Source: Eledone cirrhosa (taxonomy: Eukaryota). From it: a stretch of DNA of 64,000 bases. The position numbers and the translations under genes were made by a program. The stretch spans positions 16,306,001 through 16,370,000 of the forward strand of contig OZ024749.1 in NCBI GenBank assembly GCA_964016885.1, in the 5' to 3' direction. Under the pieces are notes generated by a model. The model worked only from the letters and a program-made list of their open reading frames with translations. It was not told the DNA's origin and searched no databases. Positions 36,001 through 50,100 of the stretch are shown here, piece by piece (the stretch's first letter is position 1; each line of letters opens with the position of its first letter).

Positions 36001-39000
36001 ACCAACACTACCACAACACCACCACCAATACTACTACCAACACTACCACTAACACCACCACCAATATCACCATTACTACTACCAACACTACCACTAACAC
36101 CACCACCAATACCACCAATACTACTACCAACACTACCATTAACACCACCACCAATACCACCATTACTACTACCAACACAACCACTAACACCACCACCAAT
36201 ACTACTACCAACACTACCACTACCACCATCACCAATACCAACATTACTACTACCAACACTACCACTAACACCATCACCAATACCACCATTACCACTACCA
36301 ACACAACCACTAACACCACCACCAATACCCCCATTACTACTACCAACACTACCACTACACCACCACCAATACTACTACCAACACTACCACTAAAACCACC
36401 ACCAATACCACCATTACTACTACCATCACTACCACTAACACCACCACCAATACCACCAATACTACTACCAACACTACCACTAACACCACCACCAATACCA
36501 CCATTACTACTACCAACACTACCACTAACATCACCACCAATACCACCAATACTACTACCAACACTACCATTAACACCACCACCAATACCACCATTACTAC
36601 TACCAACACTACCACTAACACCACCACCAATACCACCAATACTACTACCAACACTACCACTACCACCATCACCAATACCAACATTACTACTACCAACACT
36701 ACCACTAACACCATCACCAATACCACCATTACTACTACCAACACTACCACTAACACCACCACCAATACCCCCATTACTACTACCAACACTACCACTACAC
36801 CACCACCAATACTACTACCAACACTACCACTAACACCACCACCAATACCACCATTACTACTACCAACACTACCACTAACACCACCACCAATACCACCAAT
36901 ACTACTACCAACACTACCACTAACACACGCCACCAATACCACCATTACTACTACCAACACTACCACTAACACCACCACCAATACCACCAATACTACTACC
37001 AACACCACCAGCAATACCACCATTACTACTACCAACACTGCCACTAACACCACCACCAATACCATCAATACTACTACCAACACTACCACTAACACCACCT
37101 CCAATCCCACCATTACTACTACCAACAATATCTCTAACACCACCACCAATACCACCAATACTAAAACCAACACTACCACTAACACCACCACCAATACCAC
37201 CATTACTACTACCAACACTACCACTAACACCACCACCAATACCACCATTACAACTACCAACACTACCACTGACACCACCACCAATACCCCCATTACTACT
37301 ACCAACACTACCACTAACACCACCACCAATACCACCAATACTACTACCAACACTACCACTACACCACCACCAATACTACTACCAAAACTACCACTAACAC
37401 CACCACCAATACCACCATTACTACCACCAACACTACCACTAACACTACCACCAATACCCCCATTACTACTACCAACACTACCACTACACCACCACCAATA
37501 CTACTACCAACACTACCACTAACACCACCACCAATACCACAAATACTACTACCAACACTACCACTAACACCACCACCAATACCACCATTACTACTACCAA
37601 CACTACCACTAACACCACCACCAATACCACCAATACTACAACCAACACTACTACTAATACCACCACCAATACCACCACTACCAGTAACACCACCACCAAT
37701 ACCCCCATTGCTACTACCAATACTACCACTAACACCACTACCAATACCACCATTAGTACTACCAACACTACCACTAACACCACCACCAATACCACCATTA
37801 GTACTACCAACACTACCACTAACACCACCACCAATACCACCATTACTACTACCAACACTACCACTAATACCACCACCAATACCACCAATACTACTACCAA
37901 CATTACCACTAATACCACCACCAATACCACCAATACTACTACCAACACTATCACTAACGCCACCACCAATACCTACATTACTACTACCAACACTACCACT
38001 AACACCGTCACCAATACCAACATTACTACTACCAACACTACCACTAACACCACCACCAATACCACCAATACTACTACCAACACCACCAGCAATACCACCA
38101 TTACTACTACCAATACTACCACTAACACCACCACCAATACCACCATAACTACTACCAACACTACCACTAACACCACCACCAATACCACCATTACTACTAC
38201 CAACACTACCACTAACGTCACCACCAATACCACCATTACTACTACCAACACTACCACTAATACCACCACCAATAACACCAATACTACTACCAACACTACC
38301 ACTAACGCCACCACCAATGCCACCATTACTACTACCAACACTACCACTAAACCACCACCAATACTACTACCAACACTACCACTAACACCACCACCAATAC
38401 CACCAATACTACTACCAACACTACCACTAAGACCACCACCAGTACCACCAATACTACTACCAACACTACCACTAACACCACCACCAATACCACCAATACT
38501 ACTACCAACACTACCACTAACACCACTACCAATACCACCAATACGACTACCAACACTACCACTAACACCACCACCAATACCACCAATACTACTACCAACA
38601 CTATCATTAACACCACCACCAATACCACCATTACTACCACCAACACTACCACTAACACCACCACCAATACCACCAATACTACTACCAACACTACCACTAC
38701 CACCATCACCAATACCATAATTACTACTACCAACACTACCACTAACATCATCACCAATACCACAATTACTACTACCAACACTACCACTAACACCACCACC
38801 AATACCCCCATTACTACTACCAACACTACCACTAACACCACCACCAATACCACCAATACTACTACCAACACTACCACTACACCACCACCAATACTACTAC
38901 CAACACTACCACTAACACCACCACCAATACCACCATTACTACTACCAACACTACCACTAACACCACCACCAATACCACCAATACTACTACCAACACTACC

Positions 39001-42000
39001 ATTAACACCACCACCAATACCACCATTACTACTACCAACACTACCACTAACACCACCACCAATACCACCAATACTACTACCAACACTACCACTACCACCA
39101 TCACCAATACCAACATTACTACTACCAACACTACCACTAACACCATCACCAATACCACCATTACTATCACCAACACTACCACTAACACCACCACCAATAC
39201 CCCCATTACTACTACCAACACTACCACTACACCACCACCAATACTACTACCAACACTACCACTAACACCAACACCAATACCACCAATACTACTACCAACA
39301 CCACCAGCAATACCACCATTACTACTACCAACACTACCACTAACACCACCACCAATACCATCAATACTACTACCAACACTACCACTAACACCACCACCAA
39401 TACCAACATTACTACTACCAACAATACCTCTAACACCACCACCAATACCACCAATACTACTACCAACACTACCACTAACACCATCACCAATACCACCATT
39501 ACTACTACCAACACTACCACTAACACCAACACCAATACCACCATTACTACTACCAACATTACCACTAACACCACCACCAATACCACCATTAATACTACCA
39601 ACACTACCACTAACACCACCACCAATACCACCATTACTACTACCAACACTACCACTAATACCACCACCAATACCACCAATACTACTACCAACACTACCAC
39701 TAACGCCACCACCAATACCACCATTACTACTACCAACACTACCACTAAACCACCACCAATACTACTACCAACACTACCACTAACACCACCACCAATACCA
39801 CCAATACTACTACCAACACTACCACTAACACCATCACCAATACCACCATTACTACTAACAACACTACCACTAACACCACCACCAATACCACCAATACTAC
39901 TACCAACACTACCACTAAAACCACCACCAATGCTACCACTAACACCACCACCAATACCACCAATACTACTACCAACACTACCACTAACACCACCACCAAT
40001 ACCACCATTACTACTACCAACACTACCACTAACACCACCACTAATACCACCAATACTACTACCAACACTACTACCAAAACCACCACCAATACCACCAATA
40101 CTACTACCAACACTACCACTAACACCATCACCAATACCACCATTACTACTACCAACACAACCACTAACACCACCACCAATACCCCCATTACTACTACCAA
40201 CACTACCACTACACCACCACCAATACTACTACCAACACTACCACTAACACCACCACTAATACCACCAATACTACTACCAACACTACTACCAACACCACCA
40301 CCAATACCACCAATACTACTACCAACACTACTACTAAAACCACCACCAATACCCCCATTACTACTACCAACACTACCACTAACACCATCGCCAATACCAC
40401 CATTACTACTACCAACACAACCACTAACACCACCACCAATACCCCCATTACTACTACCAACACTACCACTACACCACCACCAATACTACTACCAACACTA
40501 CCACTAACACCACCACCAATACCCCCACTACTACTACCAACACTACCACTACACCACCACCAATACTACTACCAACACTACCACTAACACCGCCACCAAT
40601 ACCACCATCACTACTACCAACACTACTACTAATACCACCACCAATACCACCACTACCAGTAACACCACCACCAATACGCGCATTGCTACTACCAATACTA
40701 CCACTAACAGCACCACCAATACCACCATTAGTACTACCAACACTACCACTAACACCACCACCAATACCACCATTAGTACTACCAACACTACCACTAACAC
40801 CACCACCAATACCACCATTACTACTACCAACACTACCACTAATACCACCACCAATACCACCAATACTACTACCAACATTACGCCTAATACCACCACCAAT
40901 ACCACCAATACTACTACCAACACTACCACTAACGCCACCACCAATACCACCATTACTACTACCAACACTACCACTAACGCCACCACCAATACCACCATTA
41001 CTACTACCAACACTACCACTAAACCACCACCAATACTACTACCAACACTACCACTAACACCACCACCAATACCACCAATACTACTACCAACACTACCATT
41101 AACACCACCACCAATACCACCATTACTACTACCAACACTACCACTAACACCACCACCAATACCACCAATACTACTACCAACACTACCACTACCACCATCA
41201 CCAATACCAACATTACTACTACCAACACTACCACTAACACCATCACCAATACCACCATTACTACTACCAACACTACCACTAACACCACCACCAATACCCC
41301 CATTACTACTACCAACACTACCACTACACCACCACCAATACTACTACCAACACTACCACTAACACAACCACCAATACCACCATTACTACTACCAACACTG
41401 CCACTAACACCAACACCAATACCACCAATACTACTACCAACACCACCAGCAATACCACCATTACTACTACCAACACTACCACTAACACCACCACCAATAC
41501 CATCAATACTACTACCAACACTACCACTAACACCACCACCAATACCAACATTACTACTACCAACAATACCTCTAACACCACCACCAATACCACCAATACT
41601 ACTACCAACACTACCACTAACACCATCACCAATACCACCATTACTACTACCAACTCTACCACTAACACCAACACCAATACCACCATTACTACTACCAACA
41701 TTACCACTAACACCACCACCAATACCACCATTAATACTACCAACACTACCACTAACACCACCACCAATACCACCATTACTACTACCAACACTACCACTAA
41801 TACCACCACCAATACCACCAATACTACTACCAACACTACCACTAACGCCACCACCAATACCACCATTACTACTACCAACACTACCACTAAACCACCACCA
41901 ATACTACTACCAACACTACCACTAACACCACCACCAATACCACCAATACTACTACCAACACTACCACTAACACCATCACCAATACCACCATTACTACTAA

Positions 42001-44372
42001 CAACACTACCACTAACACCACCACCAATACCACCAATACTACTACCAACACTACCACTAAAACCACCACCAATACTACCACTAACACCACCACCAATACC
42101 ACCAATACTACTACCAACACTACCACTAACACCACCACCAATACCACCATTACTACTACCAACACTACCACTAACACCACCACTAATACCACCAATACTA
42201 CTACCAACACTACTACCAACACCACCACCAATACCACCAATACTACTACCAACACTACCACTAACACCATCACCAATACCACCATTACTACTACCAACAC
42301 AACCACTAACACCACCACCAATACCCCCATTACTACTACCAACACTACCACTACACCACCACCAATACCACCAATACTACTACCAACACCACCAGCAATA
42401 CCACCAATACTACTACCAACACTACCACTAACACCACCACCAATACCCCCATTACTACTACCAACACTACCACTAACACCACCACCAATACCACCAATAC
42501 TACTACCAACACCACCAGCAATACCACCAATACTACTACCAACACTACCACTAACACCACCACTAATACCACCAATACTACTACCAACACTACTACCAAC
42601 ACCACCACCAATACCACCAATACTACTACCAACACTACCACTAAAACCACCACCAATACCCCCATTACTACTACCAACACTACCACTAACACCATCACCA
42701 ATACCACCATTACTACTACCAACACAACCACTAACACCACCACCAATACCCCCATTACTACTACCAACACTACCACTACACCACCACCAATACTACTACC
42801 AACACTACCACTAACACCACCACCAATACCACCATTACTACTACCATCACTACCACTAACACCACCACCAATACCACCAATACTACTACCAACACTACCA
42901 CTAACACCGCCACCAATACCACCATCACTACTACCAACACTACTACTAATACCACCACCAATACCACCAATACTACTACCAACATTACCCCTAATACCAC
43001 CACCAATACCCCCAATACTACTACCAACACTACCACTAACGCCACCACCAATACCACCATTACTACTACCAACACTACCACTAAACCACCACCAATACTA
43101 CTACCAACACTACCACTAACACCACCACCAATACCACCAATACTACTACCAACACTACCACTAACACCATCACCAATACCACCATTACTACTAACAACAC
43201 TACCACTAACACCACCACCAATACCACCAATACTACTACCAACACTACCACTAACACCATCACCAATACCACCATTACTACTAACAACACTACCACTAAC
43301 ACCACCACCAATACCACCAATACTACTACCAACACTACCACTAAAACCACCACCAATACTACCACTAACACCACCACCAATACCACCAATACTACTACCA
43401 ACACTACCACTAACACCACCACCAATACCACCATTACTACTACCAACACTACCACTAACACCACCACTAATACCACCAATACTACTACCAACACTACTAC
43501 CAACACCACCACCAATACCACCAATACTACTACCAACACTACCACTAAAACCACCACCAATACTACCACTAACACCACCACCAATACCACCAATACTACT
43601 ACCAACACTACCACTAAACCACCACCAATACTACTACCAACACTACCACTAACACCACCACCAATACCACCAATACTACTACCAACACTACCACTAACAC
43701 CATCACCATTACCACCATTACTACTACCAACACTACCACTAATACCACCACCAATACCACCAATACTACTACCAACACTACCACTAACGCCACCACCAAT
43801 GCCACCATTACTACTACCAACACTACCACTAAACCACCACCAATACTACTACCAACACTACCACTAACACCACCACCAATACCACCAATACTACTACCAA
43901 CACTACCACTAAGACCACCACCAATACCACCAATACTACTACCAACACTACCACTAACACCACCACCAATACCACCAATACTACTACCAACACTACCACT
44001 AACACCACCACCAATACCACCAATACTACTACCAACACTACCACTAACACCATCACCAATACCACCATTACTACTACCAACACTACCACTAATACCACCA
44101 CCAATACCACCAATACTACTACCAACACTACCACTAACACCATCACCAATACCACCATTACTACTACCAACACTACCACTAACACCACCACCAATACCAC
44201 CAATACTACTACCAACACTACCACTAACACCATCACCAATACCACCATTACTACTACCAACACTACCACTAATACCACCACCAATACCACCAATACTACT
44301 ACCAACACTACCACTAACACCATCACCAATACCACCAATACTACTCCCAACACTACCACTAACACCACCACC
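1..44372 (+). repeat. 45-bp tandem satellite (consensus ACCAATACCACCA(A/T)TACTACTACCAACACTACCACTAACACCACC) with 35-, 33-, 36-, 30- and 24-bp length variants
   Basis: The monomer is directly readable throughout. The top strand is nearly G-free. Its frames read TNTTITTTNTTTNTT / PIPPLLLPTLPLTPP / QYHHYYYQHYH*, which explains all low-complexity ORFs in the track. The array extends beyond the left edge of the window. Confidence 0.97.
25581..33600 (+). repeat. Head-to-tail 4,010-bp higher-order duplication within the satellite
   Basis: ORF-track blocks recur at +4010 (25790/29800, 26338/30348, 28079/32089, 28767/32777). Rare variants recur at the same offset (ctacaactaa 29051/33061; aatacctaca 29251/33261; taataccacaaccaataaca 29541/33551). 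Confidence 0.85.
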
Positions 44373-44470
44373 AAAAGCACCAGCCCCAACAATAACAAGC
44401 ACCACGACCAATACCACTATTACCACTTCCACCACCTTGACAACAACAATAACAACAATAACAACACCAA
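44373..44470 (+). repeat. Degenerate ACC/AAC-rich edge of the satellite
   Basis: The 45-bp periodicity is lost at ccaaaagcaccagcccc; ACC/ACA/AAC triplets continue to about 44470, then unique sequence begins. Confidence 0.7.
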
Positions 44471-44598
44471 GGTACATATTGTAGTTACTATGTGTGTGGT
44501 GGGTTTTAACATCTGTTTTTTAGGTTCAGCTAAACATCTGGCGTTTGGAAGAAAACAGACGAGATTTGAGTCACATACAGTTTCTTTCTATCTATCTA

Positions 44599-45012
44599 AA
44601 CTGGTCCGTTTCTTCCGATATCATTTCGGAAGAAGGATCAGGAGAGAGAGGTGCTCCACCCCAGTTGTTTTTATGAAAGATGGGTGAAAGTGGCGAGAAT
44701 GGCCCGTGTGAATGGGCCTTCTCTTTACACAAGCCTGTAGGTCGAAAAGAGGAAGGAACGAGGGAGCACCCCTCTCTGTGCTCCTGAGGAGAAGGGTTGC
44801 ACACTTTTTTCGGGGGTGTGTGCGACCCCCCAAGGCGCCTCCTCTCTATTGAGGATTTTGTCATGAATTTTATTTTTTTTTATATTTTATTTTATTTTTT
44901 TATTTTGTTATTGCCTCCTCCTTATTGAGGACGCCTTGTTTTGTAAACTCCCCCCATTGTACTTGTCCCACTTTTGATGCCCTGGTGGCAAATAAAAGAA
45001 ACATATCTATCT
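44599..45012 (+). mobile_element. 5'-truncated Tx1-like retrotransposon copy A (ORF2 C-terminus + 3' UTR)
   Basis: Near-identical to 50454-50870 (LVRFFRYHFGRRIR..., 3' UTR, AATAAA at 44991, TATC tail). Begins immediately after TCTATCTATCT. Confidence 0.93.
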
Positions 45013-45053
45013 AAATAAAGAAAGATATCTATGTAACTATCTATCTATTTCCT
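45013..45053 (+). mobile_element. Minimal 3'-end fragment (AATAAAGAAA + TATC tail)
   Basis: AAATAAAGAAAGATATCTATGTAACTATCTATCTA matches the termini of the other copies. Confidence 0.55.
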
Positions 45054-45293
45054 AAAAAACTTATCTATCTCTCTACGATGGACACATGTGCTGAGCTCGC
45101 TCGGTAAGTTTTTGTTTAAATTCACACGGAAATTGTAAACTGTAAACTTTCATTTTTGTACCATTTTGTAGAGGGACTGCCAGGTCAAATTTTGATCTGG
45201 TCGGTCTCCCAAAATATTCTGCGCCTTTGGGCGAAATAGTATTGTGAACATTTTATCTTTCGAAAAACTTCGAAAAACCCTATTTTGAGAAAA

Positions 45294-47175
45294 ATGGCTG
45301 AAGCATCTTCACCATCAATCAAAGAAGGAAAGGGGAAGTCATGCTCACAGCTTCCCCCTGCCACTGTCACAGCAGCAGATGCCAAAGGCAGAGGTCAGAG
45401 AGAGGAAGAATTGTCTTCACCTGTTGACCGACCACTAGATGTAGCCACAACTACACAAGAATTTGAAAACAACAACAACAACAACAACAACAACAGCAAC
45501 AATAAAGACAACAAAAACAACAACAACACAAACGTCACAAGTATCCACACACGAAACGAGAAAGACAACAACAACAACAAAGATGAAAACAACTCAAACG
45601 ACGAGAAACAAAACAATACTAATATCCAAAACGAAAACAAAATATCTTTTGCACAAACGGCTAAATTATCAGTCGCTTATGTGCTGGAAGATATTTCAAA
45701 AGCAAAAGAAATGCTGGAAAAAGCCAAGAAATATGTGTCTTTTGGCGAAAACGGTTCGTTTTCTATACATTCACCTCCGGAGCTAAAAAGACAGACGGAA
45801 TTACAAACTGTCGTATTCCGAACAATTTTAAATAAAACAAAGAAACCAGCGCAACCATCTCAAGCGGAAATTCAGTTAGTCTTGAAAGACGCGATGAGAG
45901 ACATCACTTTCATACAAAAGGATAAACTCTATGGGAGTTTATCCATATTGATGAAAGACGAATTGGCGGCAAAAAAATACTCTGTGTCGCCAATTCGGTC
46001 CACACACTACACCTTCTTCCCCACCTACATGGGTAAAAAAACCCAGAGGATATGGATAACCACCATCACCCCAAACATAAACTACTGGTGGTTACTAACC
46101 GGTTTCCTCAATTTAGACGAGGACAACCTCATCTCAATAGGGAAGGCATCCGGCGACGCGTTCAGTGGAACGAGCCTCGAAGTTCTGACCCAAATAAGGC
46201 CAGAACGCATCGCCCAAATCCCTGAGCGCGTCATGCTGGATGACCGTACCCACCTCAACATTATTGTGGAGGGTAGGCGTCCCTCCTGTTACCTCTGTGG
46301 CAATAGAGGTCACCTGAGGGCTGCCTGTCCCCAGCTCACACAGAAAAAAACACTGCTACCAACACCAACACCACCCCAACTACAACAACAAAAACAACCA
46401 CAACAACAACAAAAACCAACAACCCCACCACCACCACCACAACAACAATAACAACAAACACGTGAAAAAATAACACAGAATACTGTCCCACCCAATCCCT
46501 CCCCACCCAAAACAAATACAAAAACACGCACACCGCAAACACTACCAGAAAACATACCCCTCCCACCCAACAAGGAAGACGAACCTCTTTCGTCGCAAGA
46601 CGAAAAAGATCCCTTCCAACAAGTAAAAAGAAAGAAGAGGAGACGCACCACAGACACACATGTTAACTTTAATCCCCCCCCAAGAGAACACAAACTACAC
46701 ACAAACCACCCCTCCCTGTCACACAACACTAACTGCTACACAAAAAAAGACATTACAATACACATACATGAACACAGACAACAAAGAATTACGGAAAACA
46801 ATTTCAGCAAACCCTTCGGTCCAAACTGAAGGGCCAAACTTTATAACTGCTGTGGGACTACCTCATTTGAAAATGATAAAAGTCCCAATGCACTTGTACA
46901 AAACACTGAAAATAAATTTCACGGAGGACGTGGGCCCCCCCTGCGCCAAACCAATCAACCGCGTCCTCCTAAAAAATTTCACCCCCCCCCCCACCCAGAC
47001 ACCCACTCAACGACAAACACCCCAACCCCACAACACACCGATGCCCCTTCACTTCCACAAACCACCACCCCACCCAACAACCCATCCCCAACCAGCATGG
47101 AAATTGAGCGGCCCGTTTCCCGGGACGCAGAGAGGTAAGTGCCTTTTCTCTTTACCACCAACATGGCTGTGCTAA
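45294..47175 (+). pseudogene. ORF1 (gag-like, single CCHC zinc knuckle), disrupted
   Basis: ATG at 45294 (MAEASS); poly-Asn tract; CYLCGNRGHLRAAC = CX2CX4HX4C at 46287-46328. In-frame TAA at 46449-46451 inside a CAA run, after which the frame continues to FQQVKRKKRRR. A probable frameshift near 46660-46760 leads into the frame ending at TAA 47175, which overlaps the ORF2 ATG by 13 nt. Confidence 0.78.
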
Positions 47176-50100
47176 GAGTAGGGTGTCTAAATGCGCGTGG
47201 CCTGGGCTCGTCTTGGAAGCAAGCAATGCTTCTAAATGACCTCAGGTCACAATCTATAAATGTGATGGTTATCTGCGAGGCCCGGATCAGCAGCATGCGA
47301 CAGCTAGCCCCCACCTTTGACGACTTTGAGATGCACGCATCTCTCTGTCAGCCCGGAGGTGGGGGTGGGGTTGTCGTTCTGCTGCAAAAACATATGGGCC
47401 TTGCAACACAGATAGTTCACTTGGACCCAGGGGGTCGACTGGTGGTGCTGGACCTTGGCAGTGGTGAAGGTAGAGCCCTTAGGCTGATAGCCGCATATGC
47501 CCCTTTTGGGACAGAGCGGCCCGACTTTTTCCAGCGTCTGGAGTCTTTTCTAGGGACGTCCCGTTCCCTGCTTTTAGTGGGGGATTGGAATGGTATCCTG
47601 GATGCACGTTGGGACTATGCAGGGGCATGTCCCGATAGAGAGGGGTGCAACAGCCTCAAGGGGTTACTCGGCCGATTTGACCTGGCCGATAGATTTCGAC
47701 TAGATTTTCCGACGGTGCCAACCTGGTCTTGGTCAAATCGCAGCGGATCATCTAGATCGTACCTAGATAGATTTTTAGTTAGAAATAAGGACAGGGACTT
47801 TTTAAGTTGTCCAGAAATGCTCATGGTTGGCTATTCAGACCACAAGTTGGTGACCTGCATGGTCAACCTTGATAGAACGCATAGACAGGGCCCCGGTTAC
47901 TGGAAGCTCAACTTGTCCTTGCCGGCAAGTAGAGCCTACAGGAATCGGATTAGTACGTTAGTTAAGGAACGGTTGACTGGAGCGATCGTCAACAGCAGGT
48001 GGTGGGTATCTCTAAAGAGAGAGATTAGAGTAGTCTCGATTGAATTTAGTAAGGTTCTAGCTGCGGATAGGAATAGGAAGGAAAGGGAGCTAATAGATAG
48101 AGTAGAAGAGGCAATTAGAAGCGGCGACGTGGCCAGAGTGCTAGCGTCGAGAACGGCTTTGAGCCAGTTTTTCGACGCGAAGCACGAAGGCTGCGTTGTC
48201 CGAAGTAAAATACGTGCTCTAGGGAACGAGGGGGCCAAAGCTGTTAGCTGGGCCCGCGTGACAGAGGCCAACAGTGGAACTAAATCCACCATCCGGTCTT
48301 TGCGAGACCTGGATGGACGGGCGATTCTTGAGCCTAAGCAGATGTGTGAGGCCTTTCAAAGGCACTTTGCCCGACTGTTCGGGAGGGGCGGGGAGCCGGT
48401 TGGAAACGTGGACTTCGGTCCATACCTCGACGGCCTGCCGCGCCTCTCGGACAGGGAGGCGAAGTCTTGCGAGGAGCCGATTTCGGCCGCTGAGATAGAG
48501 GACGTGCTGGGCCAATGCGGCAAACGCAAATCCCCGGGTCTCGATGGTCTTCCTTACGAATTATATCTAGCTATGCCGGACTTGTTCCCCGATCTCCTCG
48601 AGGCGGTCTACTGCAACTGGCAACAGAACGGGAGAATTCCCTGTACTGTGACCAAGGGCGTAGTCACGCTAGTGAGGAAGGACGAGAACAAGGGGCACGA
48701 AATAAGTAACTTCAGGCCCATAACTCTGCTAAATACAGAGTTACAGATTTTGGCCAAGGTGCTAGCAAAGAGGTTGGCGCTTGTCGTGGGCAACCTGGTG
48801 GGAGATGCGCAGACATGCGCTATCCCGTCCAGGTCCATCCATGACAACCTCCACCTCATGCGATACATCATAGAGAGGGTTGGGAACGAACCCGGCTTTG
48901 GTGGGGCTCTGATCAACTTGGATCAATCTAAGGCGTTCGATAGGGTCGACCATGGTTACCTGGATGCGGTGCTAGCGGCGGCAGGCTTCGGACCCGTTTT
49001 CAGGGGCTGGATCACTGCTATGCACAGCAGCCGCATCTGCTCTAGGGTCAAGGTGAACGGCTACCTCTCGGAGCCGTTCAAAATCGCGCGGTCCATCCGA
49101 CAAGGGTGCCCTCTCTCCTCCCTTCTGTATGTGTTGACTCTCGAGCCACTACTGCGGAAGTTGGAGTTGTTGCAGGGCATCCCTTTGGAACCGGGATTGC
49201 GGAAAGCGGTGTCAGCCTACGCCGATGATGTGACAGTAATGGTGTCGACGGCCTCCGAAATCGAGGCGGTCGGCACCTTACTGGAGGAGTACGAAAAGTT
49301 CACAGGGGCTAAGCTGAACCGGGACAAGTCGATCGGTTTGCAACTCGGCACGTGGAGGGGCAGACCGATGCCCTCCGATGGCGTCGTCGGACGCTGGACG
49401 GAGGGCCCGGTGAAGTTGCTCGGGGTCTGGTTCGGACCGGACCTCCAGGTGGAGAAAAACTGGGCGGAGGTTACGAACAGGGTGTTTGCACTGACCCAGA
49501 AGTGGGCCAGTTGCAAACTATCCCTGAAAGGTCGGGCGGAGGTGGCGAACACTTATATAGCGTCCGTCATCTACTACCGCCTGACCGTAGTGCCCTGCCC
49601 AAGGGAAACCCTCACCAAGATGGAGCGCGCGCTCTTCCAATTCCTTTGGAAGGGGCGGGCTCCTATGGTGAGGAGATCCATCTGCTGTCAACACCCTTCG
49701 AAAGGAGGGCTGGGGATGCCGTGGCTAATGATGCGTAAACACGCATTAAGGCTACGGCACCTCTACGTATTCCTCACCGGACAACCGGTGTGGGCCTCGT
49801 TTGTGAGACGAACCTTTCCCAGACTCGTCTCACTCACCGAGCTGCAATCCTGGGTCAAGCAAAGACCGAGAAAACTGGGCGCCTGGCACACTGAGTGTGC
49901 CCAGGCGCTCACCGCCCTCTGGCAGGCGGATCCGGTTATCAGTGGAGACTCCACCGCAACATTCTATAGAGGGCTGGTACGCAGCAGGTGCGACGACGCC
50001 CTCGGAGAAGCCCTAGACATGGAGGAGGACGAACTGGCCAGCCTGTTCGGTAGGACATTCAGCCCGGGACCTATGGACAACTTCCAGAAGTCCCTGGCCT

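Noticed and set aside
1594-41057. Plus-strand Thr/Asn mucin-like and Pro/Leu extensin-like ORFs
   Set aside because: Alternative frames of the satellite with chance starts, broken every few hundred bp by frameshifting monomers.
1-44372. CRISPR-like or canonical telomeric array
   Set aside because: No unique spacers and no cas genes; no tandem CCCTAA, only a loose CCACTAA resemblance.
155-44398. Chain of abutting minus-strand poly-Val ORFs that looks like a translationally coupled operon (stop/start overlap TAGTG)
   Set aside because: Produced mechanically by the 35-bp monomer; starts are mostly GTG, there is no sequence complexity, and the context is eukaryotic.
46352-46445. ORF1 segment ACTGCTACCAACACCAACACCACC resembling the satellite monomer (possible satellite origin)
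   Set aside because: Short, low-complexity match expected from shared A/C bias.
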